Source: Ramazzottius varieornatus (Eukaryota > Animalia > Tardigrada). From it: a stretch of DNA of 64,000 nt. The position numbers were made by a program, and so were the translations under genes. The notes below the pieces were generated by a model that saw only the letters and a program-made list of their open reading frames with translations, was not told the DNA's origin and made no database searches. Shown here piece by piece: positions 39,070 to 51,039 of the stretch (within the stretch, counting starts at the first letter, position 1; each line of letters starts with the position of its first letter). The stretch lies in the NCBI GenBank assembly GCA_001949185.1, contig BDGG01000005.1, forward strand, positions 2,159,249 to 2,223,248. The letters run 5' to 3'.

Positions 39070-40370
39070 CGAACGGGATCTTGGTCTGCCACAACTGCCC
39101 TCATCTCTAGGTATATCGCTCGTGTGTATCGTGTGGTACGATAGCGATATCGTGGGATACACTATATCGGCTTATTACGGTCAATGGATAACATAGTTTA
39201 CTCTGCAGAACAGTACCCAACAAAGCTTACAGCAGTGTGCGAACGGTAACCCGATCTTCCACTGCATATTTTTTTCAGAGGACCTGCAGACGTCTCACGA
39301 CCTATATGAGCTGCTGGAGGACTTTGATCTGACTATCTTCGACGAATAAATACCAGTTGGCGCCGAAGAGCTCGAAAATCTTATCCTTAGACTGGACGAA
39401 TTCTTCTTTGGGGGAGACGACGACGAATAGTTCATGACGCTTTCGGCTGTTGCGAGACGGAATGATTGACTTTCGTTAATGTTGCACTTTTGGAAGAATG
39501 TATTGTGTATTGTCAGCCCACGTCGTATCAAATCTGTATTCGGTGATGTGGGATTCATAATATCGTCGGAAGACAATCGTTCATGTCTCCAATTCTTAGT
39601 TTTCGCGGAAACGGTAATGCCTCCAGTTTCTCTCACTGCGATGGTATGACTTTATATTAGCAGCCATAGCATGGTTACGAATCTCAGAAAGACCGTGGTT
39701 TGGTATCATAACATGGTGTGAGAAACTTATCGGTATCCGATCAGAGTACGTCACACAGGCCTCGGCGATATGCTCGAAGCTGATTCATTATGTTTCAGAC
39801 AAATTTTGCAGCCGTGTTTCAACAGTGACGGAAAGCAAAACACAAAGCTCGGCTGTTGTCATCACTCGGAAGATATACTTTCGATTTTGTTTTCAGGTGT
39901 TATTGATGATACTAGGCTATGTGATTACCTCTACCGTTAAAAATAACGTGATTTTGTTTTGCATCACACACTTAGGTTTCGGTTTATTGGTTTAAAGTTC
40001 ATTAGCACGGGAACTTGCCCCATCAAGGCCACAGGACATCACAATATCGGTAGAATACAGTCGGAAAAGAGTATCATTTGTAAAGTTAGCATTTCAGGGC
40101 TGGCATATGTTGATTTTGCCACTTTGGCTGCTTAGCCATCTTTCTTCGTCAGAGGACGGTTTCTCAGTCCGAGCTCAAGCCAACAGGGATTCTGAGACTG
40201 TCGGCTACCGGATCCACTCACTAAGGAGTTTACCCGGGTCCATGGTTCCTTTTGCAATCAACCTTGCTAGGCCAACATTAGAATGGCTGTCGCAGGAGGG
40301 CTTCGTATACCACTCTTCCCTAAATGTTTGTCTTGACCACCCTTTGCTTACAATAATCAACGGAAAGAGA

Positions 40371-42090
40371 TCAGAACAATAAGTCAGAAGGAAAAAGTCG
40401 GTTTAGCAAAGGAAAAGACTTCCAGTCAACAGACTCAAGAGCTAGCTCAAATTTCCACTTAGTTTCATAGGCAGCAACTGGGAAGTTCAGCGAGTTCCAC
40501 AAGCTACACATTATCCCGACGAAGGAGTCGGGACTGGTGAGTAACTTTCGACCATTCAGGAAGGAGCCAGTGGGCTGAACGGGACAGGGATGCGTGCGTA
40601 TTCTGTCCTGACTTCGCGTTGAGGACGAGGGACCAAAACCCTCTGGAATTGTTAAGGGCTGGAAAAGACAAGAACCCAACGGCACCGTACCAACAATAAG
40701 TTTGTAAACAAGAGATAGTGACAGTTTTATCCGCCGAATCAACTGGCTATTCCATTCAACTTCCAAGGCATTAGAGTGATACCGTTCGGGATCAGACCAG
40801 CTAGGGTTATCACCAAGCCGAACTGTGCGGAGAAACTTACCAGCGCACTTTTCAATTTCTCTGAGGGTACCTACCAGCGACGACCACACAACCGATGGAC
40901 AATAGTCAAGTAAAGATTGCACTAGTGTATTAAACAGCCTGATGCGTGCTGCCGAGTTCCTGTACTTGAACAAGGAATTCAAATGTCGGCGATATTGTCT
41001 AGATCCGATTGGAAAATAGGATGATCACTGTCGGTCTCTTGTGGACGGGAAACTAAAATATCACCTGCGAAAAGACTGAGACAAGTGCCAGGCGATACAA
41101 CAGTATTTATATCAGACATCAGAGCAATAAATAAGATCGGACCAAGAACAGATCCTTGAGGGACTCCGCTTGTTACGGTAAGTAACCACCTGTCGTCGGT
41201 TCGACAGATAGCTCTCTACCAATCTTCTGCACTGAATTGGGACTCCAAACATCTCTAACTTCTGTAACATCACTTTGTGATCGACCCGACCAAACGCTTT
41301 CGTGCAGTGCGAAAACACTGCATCGATCTCAACCTTGCTGTGATTTACGTCTGCCCAGAACTGGATTATCAGTAGACTAGCGAGCTCCGTTGAGTGACCC
41401 TCACGAAAACCGAACTGATTACTCCCAAATGCATTCCTGCCTTCCAGAAAATTACGGAGTCGTTTACCGATTACCTTTTCAAAACACTTGGATATTGGGT
41501 GTAAGATGGAGACGGATCTCCACGAAGAAACCGAAGTTGGGTCCTTCGAGATTTTCGGAACAGCAGTGACATAATGGGTTTTCCAGAAATCAGGGAAATA
41601 CCCAGCGCTGCAACACAAGTTAAACAATTTCGTGAGAGCTGGAAATAGAGCATTACCTGTGCGTTGTGGAAGTTCTACAGTAACTTTGAAGGGTCCGTTT
41701 GACTTCTTTGAGTCCATACAGTTAAGCGCTTCTCGCACCTCATCTTCACTAATCAGTTTCCACTGCGGATCTGGCTCTTCCAATAAGAGGGGCCGGCTGA
41801 TGGACGCAGTGTTCAGTGCAAGGCAGCATGCCGCACACGAAAGCGGAGTTAAGAAGCTCCGCTCGCTTGGTGTCGTCGTAGTGAAGTAGACCGTTGGAAT
41901 CGCTGATGGGTGGGAGTGGCTTCTTGTCGAAGCTTGTGCAGACGCAGTTCCAGAACTTCTTACTGTCCCGACGGGAGGCAGTTGCGATGTCGAGCAAGTT
42001 CCTTGTTTCGATTTTCTCAATAGCTGCTTCGAGTTTCTTTGAGTGATCTTTCCACGCTCGCCGTAATGCATCTTACAGCGGTTGAACCTT
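40371..42090 (-). mobile_element. Decayed non-LTR retrotransposon (LINE) ORF2 / reverse transcriptase fragment
   Basis: WRSVSILHPISKCFEK, NQFGFREGHSTE, TKAFGRVDH, SYLSNRRQ; GVPQGSVLGPILF lies in a shifted frame (~41130-41170); YADD is degraded to FAGD; C-terminal LFNTLVQSLLDYC..VW...IEK. Frameshifts and deletions are present. Confidence 0.92.
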
Positions 42091-43312
42091 GCACCGATTG
42101 AATCTTTTAAACGCGGCGTCTCTCACTTGTCTTAACTACACAATTTCTTTTGGAAATGCGTGGTGGTTGCGTTTTTCTTCGCGCGTGACGTACCGGTGAT
42201 AGGAAGAAGTTATCTCTACCAGAGCGTCTACATTCACTACATTTACGACCGAAGTTTAGAACCGTTCAGAAATCTGCCAGTTCGTGTGCTTGTAACAGTG
42301 GTTGCTAGTTCTGACACAAACATATACCATATAAAACATATAATTATCAAAAACCTGACTACATACCACATAAGGAAGTGAATAAACACATCTCGCCCCA
42401 GTCACTGTGGTGCCATCTAGCCCCCCACAAAATTTCTAGCGGACATGTTCACTTATGTCAGTTTTCGTTTAGTGTGTTTCTTAATATCATAGACCTCTCA
42501 TCTCCTTCCCTTCTCTTCCCTCCCTTTCCTTTGTTCTGTTTGAGTCTGCCAGTACCATGGCGGCAATGTAAAGGTGCCTCACTGCCAATTTCGCGATTGC
42601 GGCAGAGAAGGTCTGTGATCTCTCCGATGATTGTCCTGGAGGAGAGAATGAGTTTAGGTGCTTCCGAGGAAACTCCTCCTGTAAGTGCTCCTTTCCCTTT
42701 GTATACACTGCTGTACGTATCTGGAACGAGTTTATAGTTGTGCCTTTCCTTACAGATGTCTCTAAGAATCTGTCCGAACAATGGCCTGGCGCAACTGCGA
42801 ACACGGTTCCCGACACGTACAGTCCGAGCTGGTTGATTGCGGCAGTGGTTGGCTGGGGCTTACTAGCTTTCGCTGGTGATGGTTCTGCTGTGCCACAAAT
42901 ACCTCGGAGGCTGGTTCGTCACCAAAGCTCGTCAGCTGGATTTCTTCCTGACCACTGGAAGAATGCCCACCCAATCCGATCAGGAGGACATCGAGATGGC
43001 TGGACGTGGTACGCCCGTCAATGCGCCGGAATACCTTCATCTCTATGTGATTACCCTCAATTAACTACGGGTTAATGTTTTTCATTTGACTTGTGATAGA
43101 GTGTACATTTGTTTCCCAGGTATTTGTTTCGACTGATTGTAGTTTAGAGTATCTGATCATTCTGGTGACCAAAAACAGCGCAGCCCGCACTTCCAGCGTG
43201 CTTCTATACCTTTGCCACGGTATCTCCGGGCCGCCCCCGGAAATGCAAAAAATAACAGATAGTTGGCGACAAAACGCCGCCGCTGCCTACAAATGAACAC
43301 CATCTCGAGGAG

Positions 43313-44313
43313 ATGTTGACGAAACTGGTGCCGAAGAAACAGCACCTGGGCAAGGGCTATCATCACTTGAAGGAGCACTGCCGGAAACAGGCCGAAGTAA
43401 GTCTTGCTGTCACTGACCGATGTCCGGTTCATTCCGTCCGTTCAAAACAGGTGGACCGTTAGAACGGTTCCTCTCTAGGTCAAAGCTTGTCGGGTAGCAT
43501 GGAAGACGTGCCCGCGTTATGTATGGATGGATGTCTTGTGGGCACTGGACGTGAAAACTTATCGCCGGCTGTCCAAGTATCACATTAAGGAGCTCGGTAA
43601 ACACGGTACACACCGACAAGATTGTCTTCCCAAGCGGCACACTTTCTAAGTCTTATGGACAGAATGCGTGCACTGCTCAGTGACAGCGAAACGACCGCGT
43701 CGACCGTCGAGCTAGGGTGAGCTTAATCCCAAAACAACAGCACTCCGAGGAGCAGACTGGCGTGTGTTTGAGGCTGTGTTACTTGTTCCGCAGGGTGTCA
43801 CGAGGCTGGCAACGCCTCTTACAAAACGTCTCACGGATGAATAACGGAATTTTCTACCTGGTTTTTCCCAGGTCGGTTGACTTTCTACACTTCCTCCGAG
43901 TTTTTCCCAATGGACATCAACTGTGGAGGGTTTAGCATGCCATTCTAAATGGTGATACCCTAATTTCCGAGCCGTATTCTATGTGTGAGTACGGCAAACC
44001 GTGTTGGTAGTACTGTCAGTACTGGAGAACAAACCAAACAAAGGACAGCGGGAAGAAGGAACGAGGCGTCCGAGATTACGAATTGTGGGTCCAGGTCTTC
44101 GGAGTGTCAGAGCTGAGCATCGTCAAGAAGGTACACTTCCGCACAAACACGCGCTACATTCTACCCCTCCGATACTGGTTAGGTGTCGAGGAAGACTCGT
44201 ATAAAATGCGTTGGGGAAATGCCGATAGACTCAAAATAATGAGACAACAGCAAAATTCTCAGAGTTTGTGCACTACTATGAAGCACCATGGTGCTTTCCA
44301 TCCACTTCTGTGA
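43313..44313 (+). pseudogene. Paralog of the 26.4-kb F-box gene with two in-frame TAG codons (exons ...-43396, 43479-43576, 43794-44313)
   Basis: VKACRVAWKTCPRYVWMDVLWALDVKTYRRLSKVSRGWQ...GIFYL.F...FPNGH and VFGVSELSIVKKVHFRT...PLRYWLG align to copy 1, with the same 98-nt exon 2. TAG at 43933-43935 and 44008-44010. Confidence 0.75.
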
Positions 44314-44465
44314 ATCTTTCTAATTTGAAATCTCTCTCTGCTTCCTCAGACAGGTAACCTATCGCAGATTAATCACTAAAGAAGAAAATGATTTCAAAAT
44401 TTTTACATATTTTAATCACGTGCATGCTCAGATTTTCGTTCTTTTATTGTGATATGCTCATGGCT

Positions 44466-44527
44466 GTTTTCTCAGGAGGCGCATGCACCCACCCAATAGA
44501 ATGGCAACGTGCGCCACTCGGGATAAG
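44466..44527. repeat. Palindromic element core downstream of TMEM138
   Basis: aggaggcgcat-24-gtgcgccactcggg. Confidence 0.7.
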
Positions 44528-44704
44528 GTATTTGTAGGTTTCGATAGCCGGCCTCCCATATTTACTGATATATATGCGGTTCAACCATGATCTAGTTCGA
44601 GCAGAGAAAAGTAGACTACGAAGGCTCGCCATTTATACTGTCACTTGTCTGCAAGAATGGGATCGGTGGTTCGCGACCTCCCGTCAAACTACTGAACCGA
44701 GTAT

Positions 44705-44760
44705 GTAAACGCACGACGGGAAATTATGGGGCCGGCAAAAAATACCCGTCGTGCGTGTAC
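44705..44760. repeat. Inverted repeat (15/16-bp arms, 24-nt loop) just 3' of the TMEM138 stop
   Basis: gtaaacgcacgacggg-24 nt-cccgtcgtgcgtgtac. Confidence 0.85.
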
Positions 44761-44791
44761 TCTTTGTTGATCTGAAATCGTTGTCCTCTCG

Positions 44792-45316
44792 TTATCCACG
44801 GAGTTGGATCGAAGAAACTATTTGCACGGATCGGTTTGGTCCATCGACATCCTTGACCAGTGGACGCTTGTCCAGCATGCTGACGTTCCTGTGAGTCCTG
44901 GACAAAATCTTCCGGAGATACACGTAATAATACACATAACTAAATAATCTTTGTACTGTAAACAGGGCTCGGTAACCAGGAAGGAACGGGACAGATGAAT
45001 CGTTCTGGTACCAGGCAGTTATGACCCACACGTGCATTCCCAAGGTAAGCCCGAAGTAGATGAACCAGCAAAGAACGATACCGCCGAAGAGGCGAAAGAC
45101 AGGCTGAAGAAGCCCACTGACGTAGTACCAGGATGAACAGAACAGGGCGCAGAAGGAGCCAGCGGCAAGAAGGAGGACGACATCCTGGACGATGTAAATG
45201 GCGACCTGGACTTGAGGCTGTAAGTAGAAGATTCCGACAATGGTGTTGAAAACGATGTCGGCAACCAGGAGAAGCAGTTGTAAAACGAGAGCAATCGCCA
45301 CGATATTAATCAACAT
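44792..45316 (-). CDS. TMEM138: Transmembrane protein 138 (ciliary)
   Basis: LQLLLLVADIVFN, QVAIYIVQD, SGLL...F, YFGLTLGMHVWV, LFTVQRL...YYY.Y.R match the TMEM138 pattern; intronless CDS. Confidence 0.88.
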   Translation of the reverse strand: MLINIVAIALVLQLLLLVADIVFNTIVGIFYLQPQVQVAIYIVQDVVLLLAAGSFCALFCSSWYYVSGLLQPVFRLFGGIVLCWFIYFGLTLGMHVWVITAWYQNDSSVPFLPGYRALFTVQRLFSYVYYYVYLRKILSRTHRNVSMLDKRPLVKDVDGPNRSVQIVSSIQLRG

Positions 45317-46332
45317 GGTTCCCGTTCGCAGATCGTTGGCTTGAAGGAGTTTTCATGGATCAGGAAGAAGTGGCCGTAGTCGCGTTGGATGACCATCCAC
45401 CTAAGCTCGTTCTCGTCCTCGTCGCTGATATTCGTGGGCATGCGGAAAGACGGAAACAGACCATGATTAGACACACAATGGACACGGGGGTAAGAATCTT
45501 CAGTTCCGGGTTAGGGAGTTGAACCAGTTTCTACCAGATGGTCTTCTTGCTCAAGAATGGTATCAAAATTCAAAACACAATTCTTCGGAACTGCATAGAT
45601 TACAGTATGAAATTTGAGTCATGAATGTATTGATCTTTCCCAAATCCGCCATGACAAGCTGGGGAAACCATAAAGACCTCGGCATGTGGGTGACTGAGAG
45701 TACTGCTGGATTCTCGCATTATCGATCAGCAGATGCGCTTGATAATCCATACAATACACACCCGCCACAGGTAAGATTAGCCTGATTAGCACAGTCCTGT
45801 CTGCGGCACCACACACTTGCTCCTGTCACAGAAAATTCACGTTAGAAAAAGCGTGTCTTCTTCTAGACCAATAATATCGGGTGCAAAGTTTGAAATGAAG
45901 AAGCCGATGTGCATGTCTAACCTGACTTCCTTGATCTCATGCTAAGTTTCACGGCTCACATACGTGAGAGCGTTGCCGCGCATCGGTGAATGTGGTTGGT
46001 TCGAAAGTTGATTCTTTCGTCGTGATAGTCTATCATTGGGTCGAACTCGCCAGGTCCACAACGTATTTTCGAATCTGCATTCGCGCTGATGTGGGAGAAT
46101 CTTCGGTTTCGAAATAGCTTTGTGTTTTACAGGTCATCGAATTGATTGCCTGTAGATAGATACGGTGATTTTTGTGCCTTCGGTCAACACGAACCGTCGC
46201 TTCGAGCCATTCTGTAGTGCAGTGTGGATGTGGAGACCAACCAGGCTCAACCAGGAAAGCTTTTGGTTAATTGTTCTTGGCTACTGTACCGGTGCTGATC
46301 TTGTAAGAAAACGGTAATGCTGCTGATATCAG

Positions 46333-49300
46333 ATGGAGCAACTTCCGGAAAGCTTCGCCAAAGCAGCCACCAAACAACGTTTTCAAGACCTCATATCCGG
46401 CCGATCACGGTCCCGAAAAGCCTCCAGCTCAAACGTCTCAGTCCAAGAAGGGGAACAACCACTTTCGCCGAAATCAAATCATTCCGAAGACAGGGTGACG
46501 GTGAAGAAGGAAACAACCACGTACGATGTCCCATTCAGTCCAGTCAGCCTCGAAAGCCAATGCCGACCCGATGACGAGCACAACTTTCCTGCAGCAGAAG
46601 CTCATGGCGATTTCAACCGAGGTATGTCGCCTGATAACGTGGACAGCTTTTCGGGATTGACTGGTGATCGATCCCGCACTGAGTACGGCGAAGACTTTGA
46701 AGGGACTCTAGGGCGCCAAGTAATAAGTCCGCGCAGTCCCACACCGCTCTCTCCACAATGCCGCGAAGGAACGGCCTCGTCCTCGGGGTCGAGGAAGCCA
46801 TCAGGCGGAGATATCCGCAGTGTACAGGTTGTCAGTCCAATCGCTTACGTGGAGCGACGAGTAACGTCCCAGTCGCAGTTGTCTCCTCTGAGTAGCCCCA
46901 GCAAGGAAGTTACCTCCAGAAAACTTTCGAGAACCTCGATGGATCGATCTTCGAGAGTTGACATGTCCGACACGGTTATCCACATGACCGAGTCTACTCG
47001 CTCCTCAAAGTCCCCTTCTGTTCTCAGCGTAGAAGTGGAGAACGAAGTGCAAGTTTTACAGCAACCGCCTATTCGACCGCGACGTCGAAAAGAAAGCTCG
47101 CTGTTGGATATTCGTACATCTGAAGTGAACAGTCCATCATCAGTTGCGAACGAAGAGGAGCCATCTGTGCAGCTGAAGCTCGTGGCCCAAGAAGCTCCCC
47201 GACTGTACCGTAAGCGAAGACAGGCAGCGCAACCAGTCGAAAGGATGGCGTTGCAGAATGTCTCTGACAGCGTTGTTCGATCCGAAGACGCTACGGTAAT
47301 TTCGCATCATGACAGGATAACGTGGACGACGTCGACCAGCGGTCGAGACAGACCTGCTGATGGTAATGTGCTGGAGCTTTTGCCGAAAGACTCACAAGAA
47401 GCGAGACTGTCGAGATTGCGAAGTAAGGTACTGAGCGCCCAAGAACTTTTGCATCAAGCGGGTGACACAACGGCTCTGAATGGGCAAGCGACCCAGCAGC
47501 ATGGCGAGCCAGGGATATCGAAAACCGATCAGCAGCAGCAAACAACGCAGGAAGCCCGCTTCCCGGAGAGGGTCTTGGGTGTGAGAATCCACCGGACTGA
47601 TAAGCTGGTTGGACATTTCGATCTACCGAACGCACTTGTCCGGATATCAGTCCTGGATGGTCGAACCGGAAAGCTTTCACCCAAATCAACCAAGTAAGAG
47701 TTCTCTTCCGAGTTTTCTGGCTGAAGTGACTGTCGACTGGTACGATTTGTGATTTGCAGGGACGGAACGCAATCAGAACATTGGGCGCCGGCCATGACCG
47801 GCATCTGCGACCTTCCTTCCACCGGCCTAGCCTTCCCTTCATGGGAGGAATCAATCGTCTTTAACGATAAATCCCAATACTTCTTCCAAACGCCAGAGAA
47901 CGTAATATTTTTCGAGGTAGGTGAACATGACTAACTTTTGATTGCGGAGCTCTTCAGCCTTATTGTCATGAGTTTCTTTAGCTGTGTACATTCACGCCGT
48001 TTGGAAACTTGGCGGGTAATTCGGAAGGTGGAAAGATCGATCCTTTCCGCTGTTTTGCTTGGGCGTTTCTCAAGGTAATGTGAATATTTTGTCGTGAGCA
48101 TATCAATGCACCTATCATATTTTGCTCTTTGTAGTTGACGAACTCCACCTTAAAAATGGCCCACAACAGTCAGCGCATCCGATTGCAGCTGTTCAGACCA
48201 GGGAAGGTCCTACAGTCCAAGAGCTCTCCAGTGGACATCCCACATGTGTACCGGTGGTGGAACACCAAGCACCACTCGAAGTACCCCGTAACGTTACATG
48301 TAACTCTGACAGAACTCGCACAAACCGCCATCGCCCAACCAACCAATCAAGCGGTGAACTGCAAACATCTTACGATCACTGCTGCGAAAGAATAAAATTC
48401 TATTTTTACTGTGTCACGTCAGAGATGCTCATTTTCTTTGCAGGATGTTGCAAACTCCACATATCAGCACCTCAAAAGCCTGTTCGGTGGTCGGCCATCG
48501 GTTGCTGATGCACTTGCTGTTGGGTACGCTGACAACTTTGAGAAACAATTCGAACGAAACTTACCGTGCCTTAGTTTTCGATTTTCATTCTGCTTCTGAT
48601 ACACCTGATGAAACTGCTCGTTTGTATAGGAAGGATGTGTCGAGATCCAAAGCAAATTATCAAGATCCTCTGGAGAACGGTGCGTCAAATGTGACAAGGA
48701 ATCGCTCACCGGCTGGACCGGACGCTGCGTCATTTTCCCTCCATGTTAGTCCACAAGGCGTATCGGCTATTCGGTTCTCCAAAGACGGAACGTAAGCCTG
48801 CGAATGCGCTTTTACAAGTTTAGTCGGAGAACAAAACATAATCCACAGCATTTTGTAGAAGTTTAGCATGTGGTGGACTGGAGAAAATTGGACTGGGTTG
48901 CGTCAAGGTCTACGAGATACCGGGAGGGACCCTCAAAGGCACGTTTCGCGGACTTCGCGGGATTGTGTACGCTCTTGAGTGGTCACCAAACAGTGATACC
49001 CTCCTAAGTGCTTGCGCAGATGGCATGGTCAAGTAAGTATTCTTCAGAATACTTTATATGGGAGCTCGGCGAGGTCGTTTCCCAAGTGGCGCGCGATTTG
49101 AGTGTTATTAGCTGAAGACGTGCGCCGCTTGGTAAAACGTTTTTTTCTAGTTTCTTTTGTCTTGGTCTTGTTCAGTGGTGCTACTGCTTTCCGACTTTGA
49201 CTATCATACTGCAGGATGTGGAACACTTTGACGTTCCATCCAAAGCCGGTGGTTTCCTTACCTCATCCTGGTTTCGTTTACTGCGCCTCTTTCCACCCGC

Positions 49301-50421
49301 AAAATAGCTCCGTGGTTGCCAGCGGTTGTTACGATGGAGTGATTCGGACATGGTCGATCGACGTCGAAAAGTCCACGGTAAGAACTGTACTTAGAATGGA
49401 ACGAATCCAAGGCGGAGCGTGAGGTTTTTTCCATTTCAGTACACTTTACTTCAAGAGCTGACTGGACATGTCGGACTAATCAACGTTGTCATCTTCGACC
49501 GTAGCGGTGACCAGCTGTACTCAGGCGGAAGTGATGGCCTCATCAGGCAGTGGTCGAAAGACTCTTCTCCAGGCTCTGCGCCACTCTTTGACTACAGGAT
49601 CACCAACACGACCCCGACGGGTCTTTCACAAAACGTCATTATTGTGGACCTCAAGATCAGAAACGAGGCCAAGCAGCTTATTTCCACCACCCAGAGTGGA
49701 GAACTGTCGTTCGTCGATCTGCACGGGTGATTTTACCAGAATACGAAAGTAGTTTTACATAGTGATCCACATACTGTAAATATTCGCTNNNNNNNNNNNN
49801 NNNNNNNNNNNNNNNNNNNNNNNNNNNNNNNNNNNNNNTATTTACAGTATACATATCATACATATAGGCGTACAAAAGTGTGACATCCGCATTCTAAACA
49901 CAAAATCGTAACAATCATAAGAGCGTCAACGGAATAATTATTGTTTTTGCCTTAGATTTAATGGTGTTAATTTTATTAGGTTCGTGCTTTTGCGGCAGAT
50001 ATCATTTTCTCAGCCATTCAAGTACAGAATACGCGGAGCCCTGACGCCTGACGAAAAGCGTCTGTACGTGGGAAGTGCCCAGTCAGAAGTACAGATCGTG
50101 GACCTCGACACGGCAAAGCTGATTCAGACCACCGGAAGTGGCCTGTCGTGTGGCGTTCCCGTAGACATTGACTACCACCCCACGCAACACTTGATTACTT
50201 TCTGCGCTCTCGGTGTTGGGGAGAAAGTTATCGTTCGAATCACCAGCAAGCCAAAGCAAGACCTTCCTGGGGATCCTGATCAGTTATCCTTGCCGCCAGA
50301 ACGTAGTCTGACCACTTCGCCCAGTGGTTCTTCGCACCCCGACAAGGTCTCTGAACTTATACGAAAACTGGACGCAATCACGGTAGGTCTGTCCCTAAAT
50401 AAGATTTCCCTGAACTTCTAA
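46333..50421 (+). CDS. AHI1: Jouberin/AHI1 ortholog (disordered N-terminus, C2-like region, WD40), multi-exon; the 3' end may splice on to 50458-50673
   Basis: VLGVRIHRTDKL, PAMT..D....PSWEESIVFN, VIFFE, FAWAFLK, RIRLQLF, WW....KYPVTLHVTL, LPHPGFVYCASFHP...VASGCYDGVIRTW, ELTGHVGLIN, IDYHPTQHLITFCALG. Confidence 0.88.
49060..49139. repeat. Palindromic element in AHI1 intron
   Basis: gggagctcggc...caagtggcgcgc-25-gtgcgccgcttgg. Confidence 0.85.
49789..49838. other. Assembly gap (50 N) inside an AHI1 intron
   Basis: Run of N characters. Confidence 0.99.
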
Positions 50422-51039
50422 ATATGGCCTGGCTCCATAAAAAAAGGGTCTTTTTAGGATGATATGAAACAACGGGAGCAACTTCGCAGTCGGACTCCTC
50501 TGGCGACGCACATACGGACATCCGCCAACAGGTGGCGTCTCGACCTGTCGTATTCTTCTGTTGGTGGGCCCGTACTAAGCGGTGCAGCGCCCAATGGCCC
50601 TCCATCAAAATTCATAGCGGGACTGATGCCAAACTTCAGCCAGATTGGAGTTCCCGCCCAACCAGATTACTGACGTGCTCGTCTTTCCAGAAACGGGCAG
50701 CAGGTGGGGTTTGATCAATTTAGACGATTCACTCGTGGTTGCATGAAATATTCACTGATCGTGGAAAATTGACAAAATTAATGTAGTCGCTCCATATAAC
50801 GGTCATAATTTCACAAAAAGGAAAATGAATTCAATCTGCAAAACTAAAATTCAAGCACTGTTATCGCCAACGTTCGCCTTTTTTCTTCGATGAATGAACG
50901 GCTGTTTATTGGCTGTAGCTGTTGTAGTGTGTTCCGTAGGCTCACGGTATCCATGGATATTTGAGGAACTTCTGCTCAAAGTGGGCGATCGACACAACCT
51001 TGTCTTATCGCCATGTAGATTGCTTCGAATTACCTCATT

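Noticed and set aside
38770-39144. Ile/Arg/Tyr-rich ORFs at 38770-39144 and 34464-34922, and ORFs at 12044-12757
   Set aside because: These are translations of MITE subterminal motif arrays, not proteins.
41040-41200. Reverse transcriptase as an active or domesticated RT (retron, DGR or telomerase-like)
   Set aside because: Typical LINE motifs with frameshifts, deletions and a broken catalytic YADD (FAGD).
43933-44010. TAG reassignment or programmed readthrough in the F-box paralog
   Set aside because: TAG is a normal stop in MRPL13, WDR47 and the ZDHHC gene in this window; mutation or splicing is a simpler explanation.
45317-46332. RFX X-box in the TMEM138/AHI1 intergenic region
   Set aside because: Only weak partial matches by eye (e.g. 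ttgttcttggctac at ~46271); not supportable without a PWM scan.
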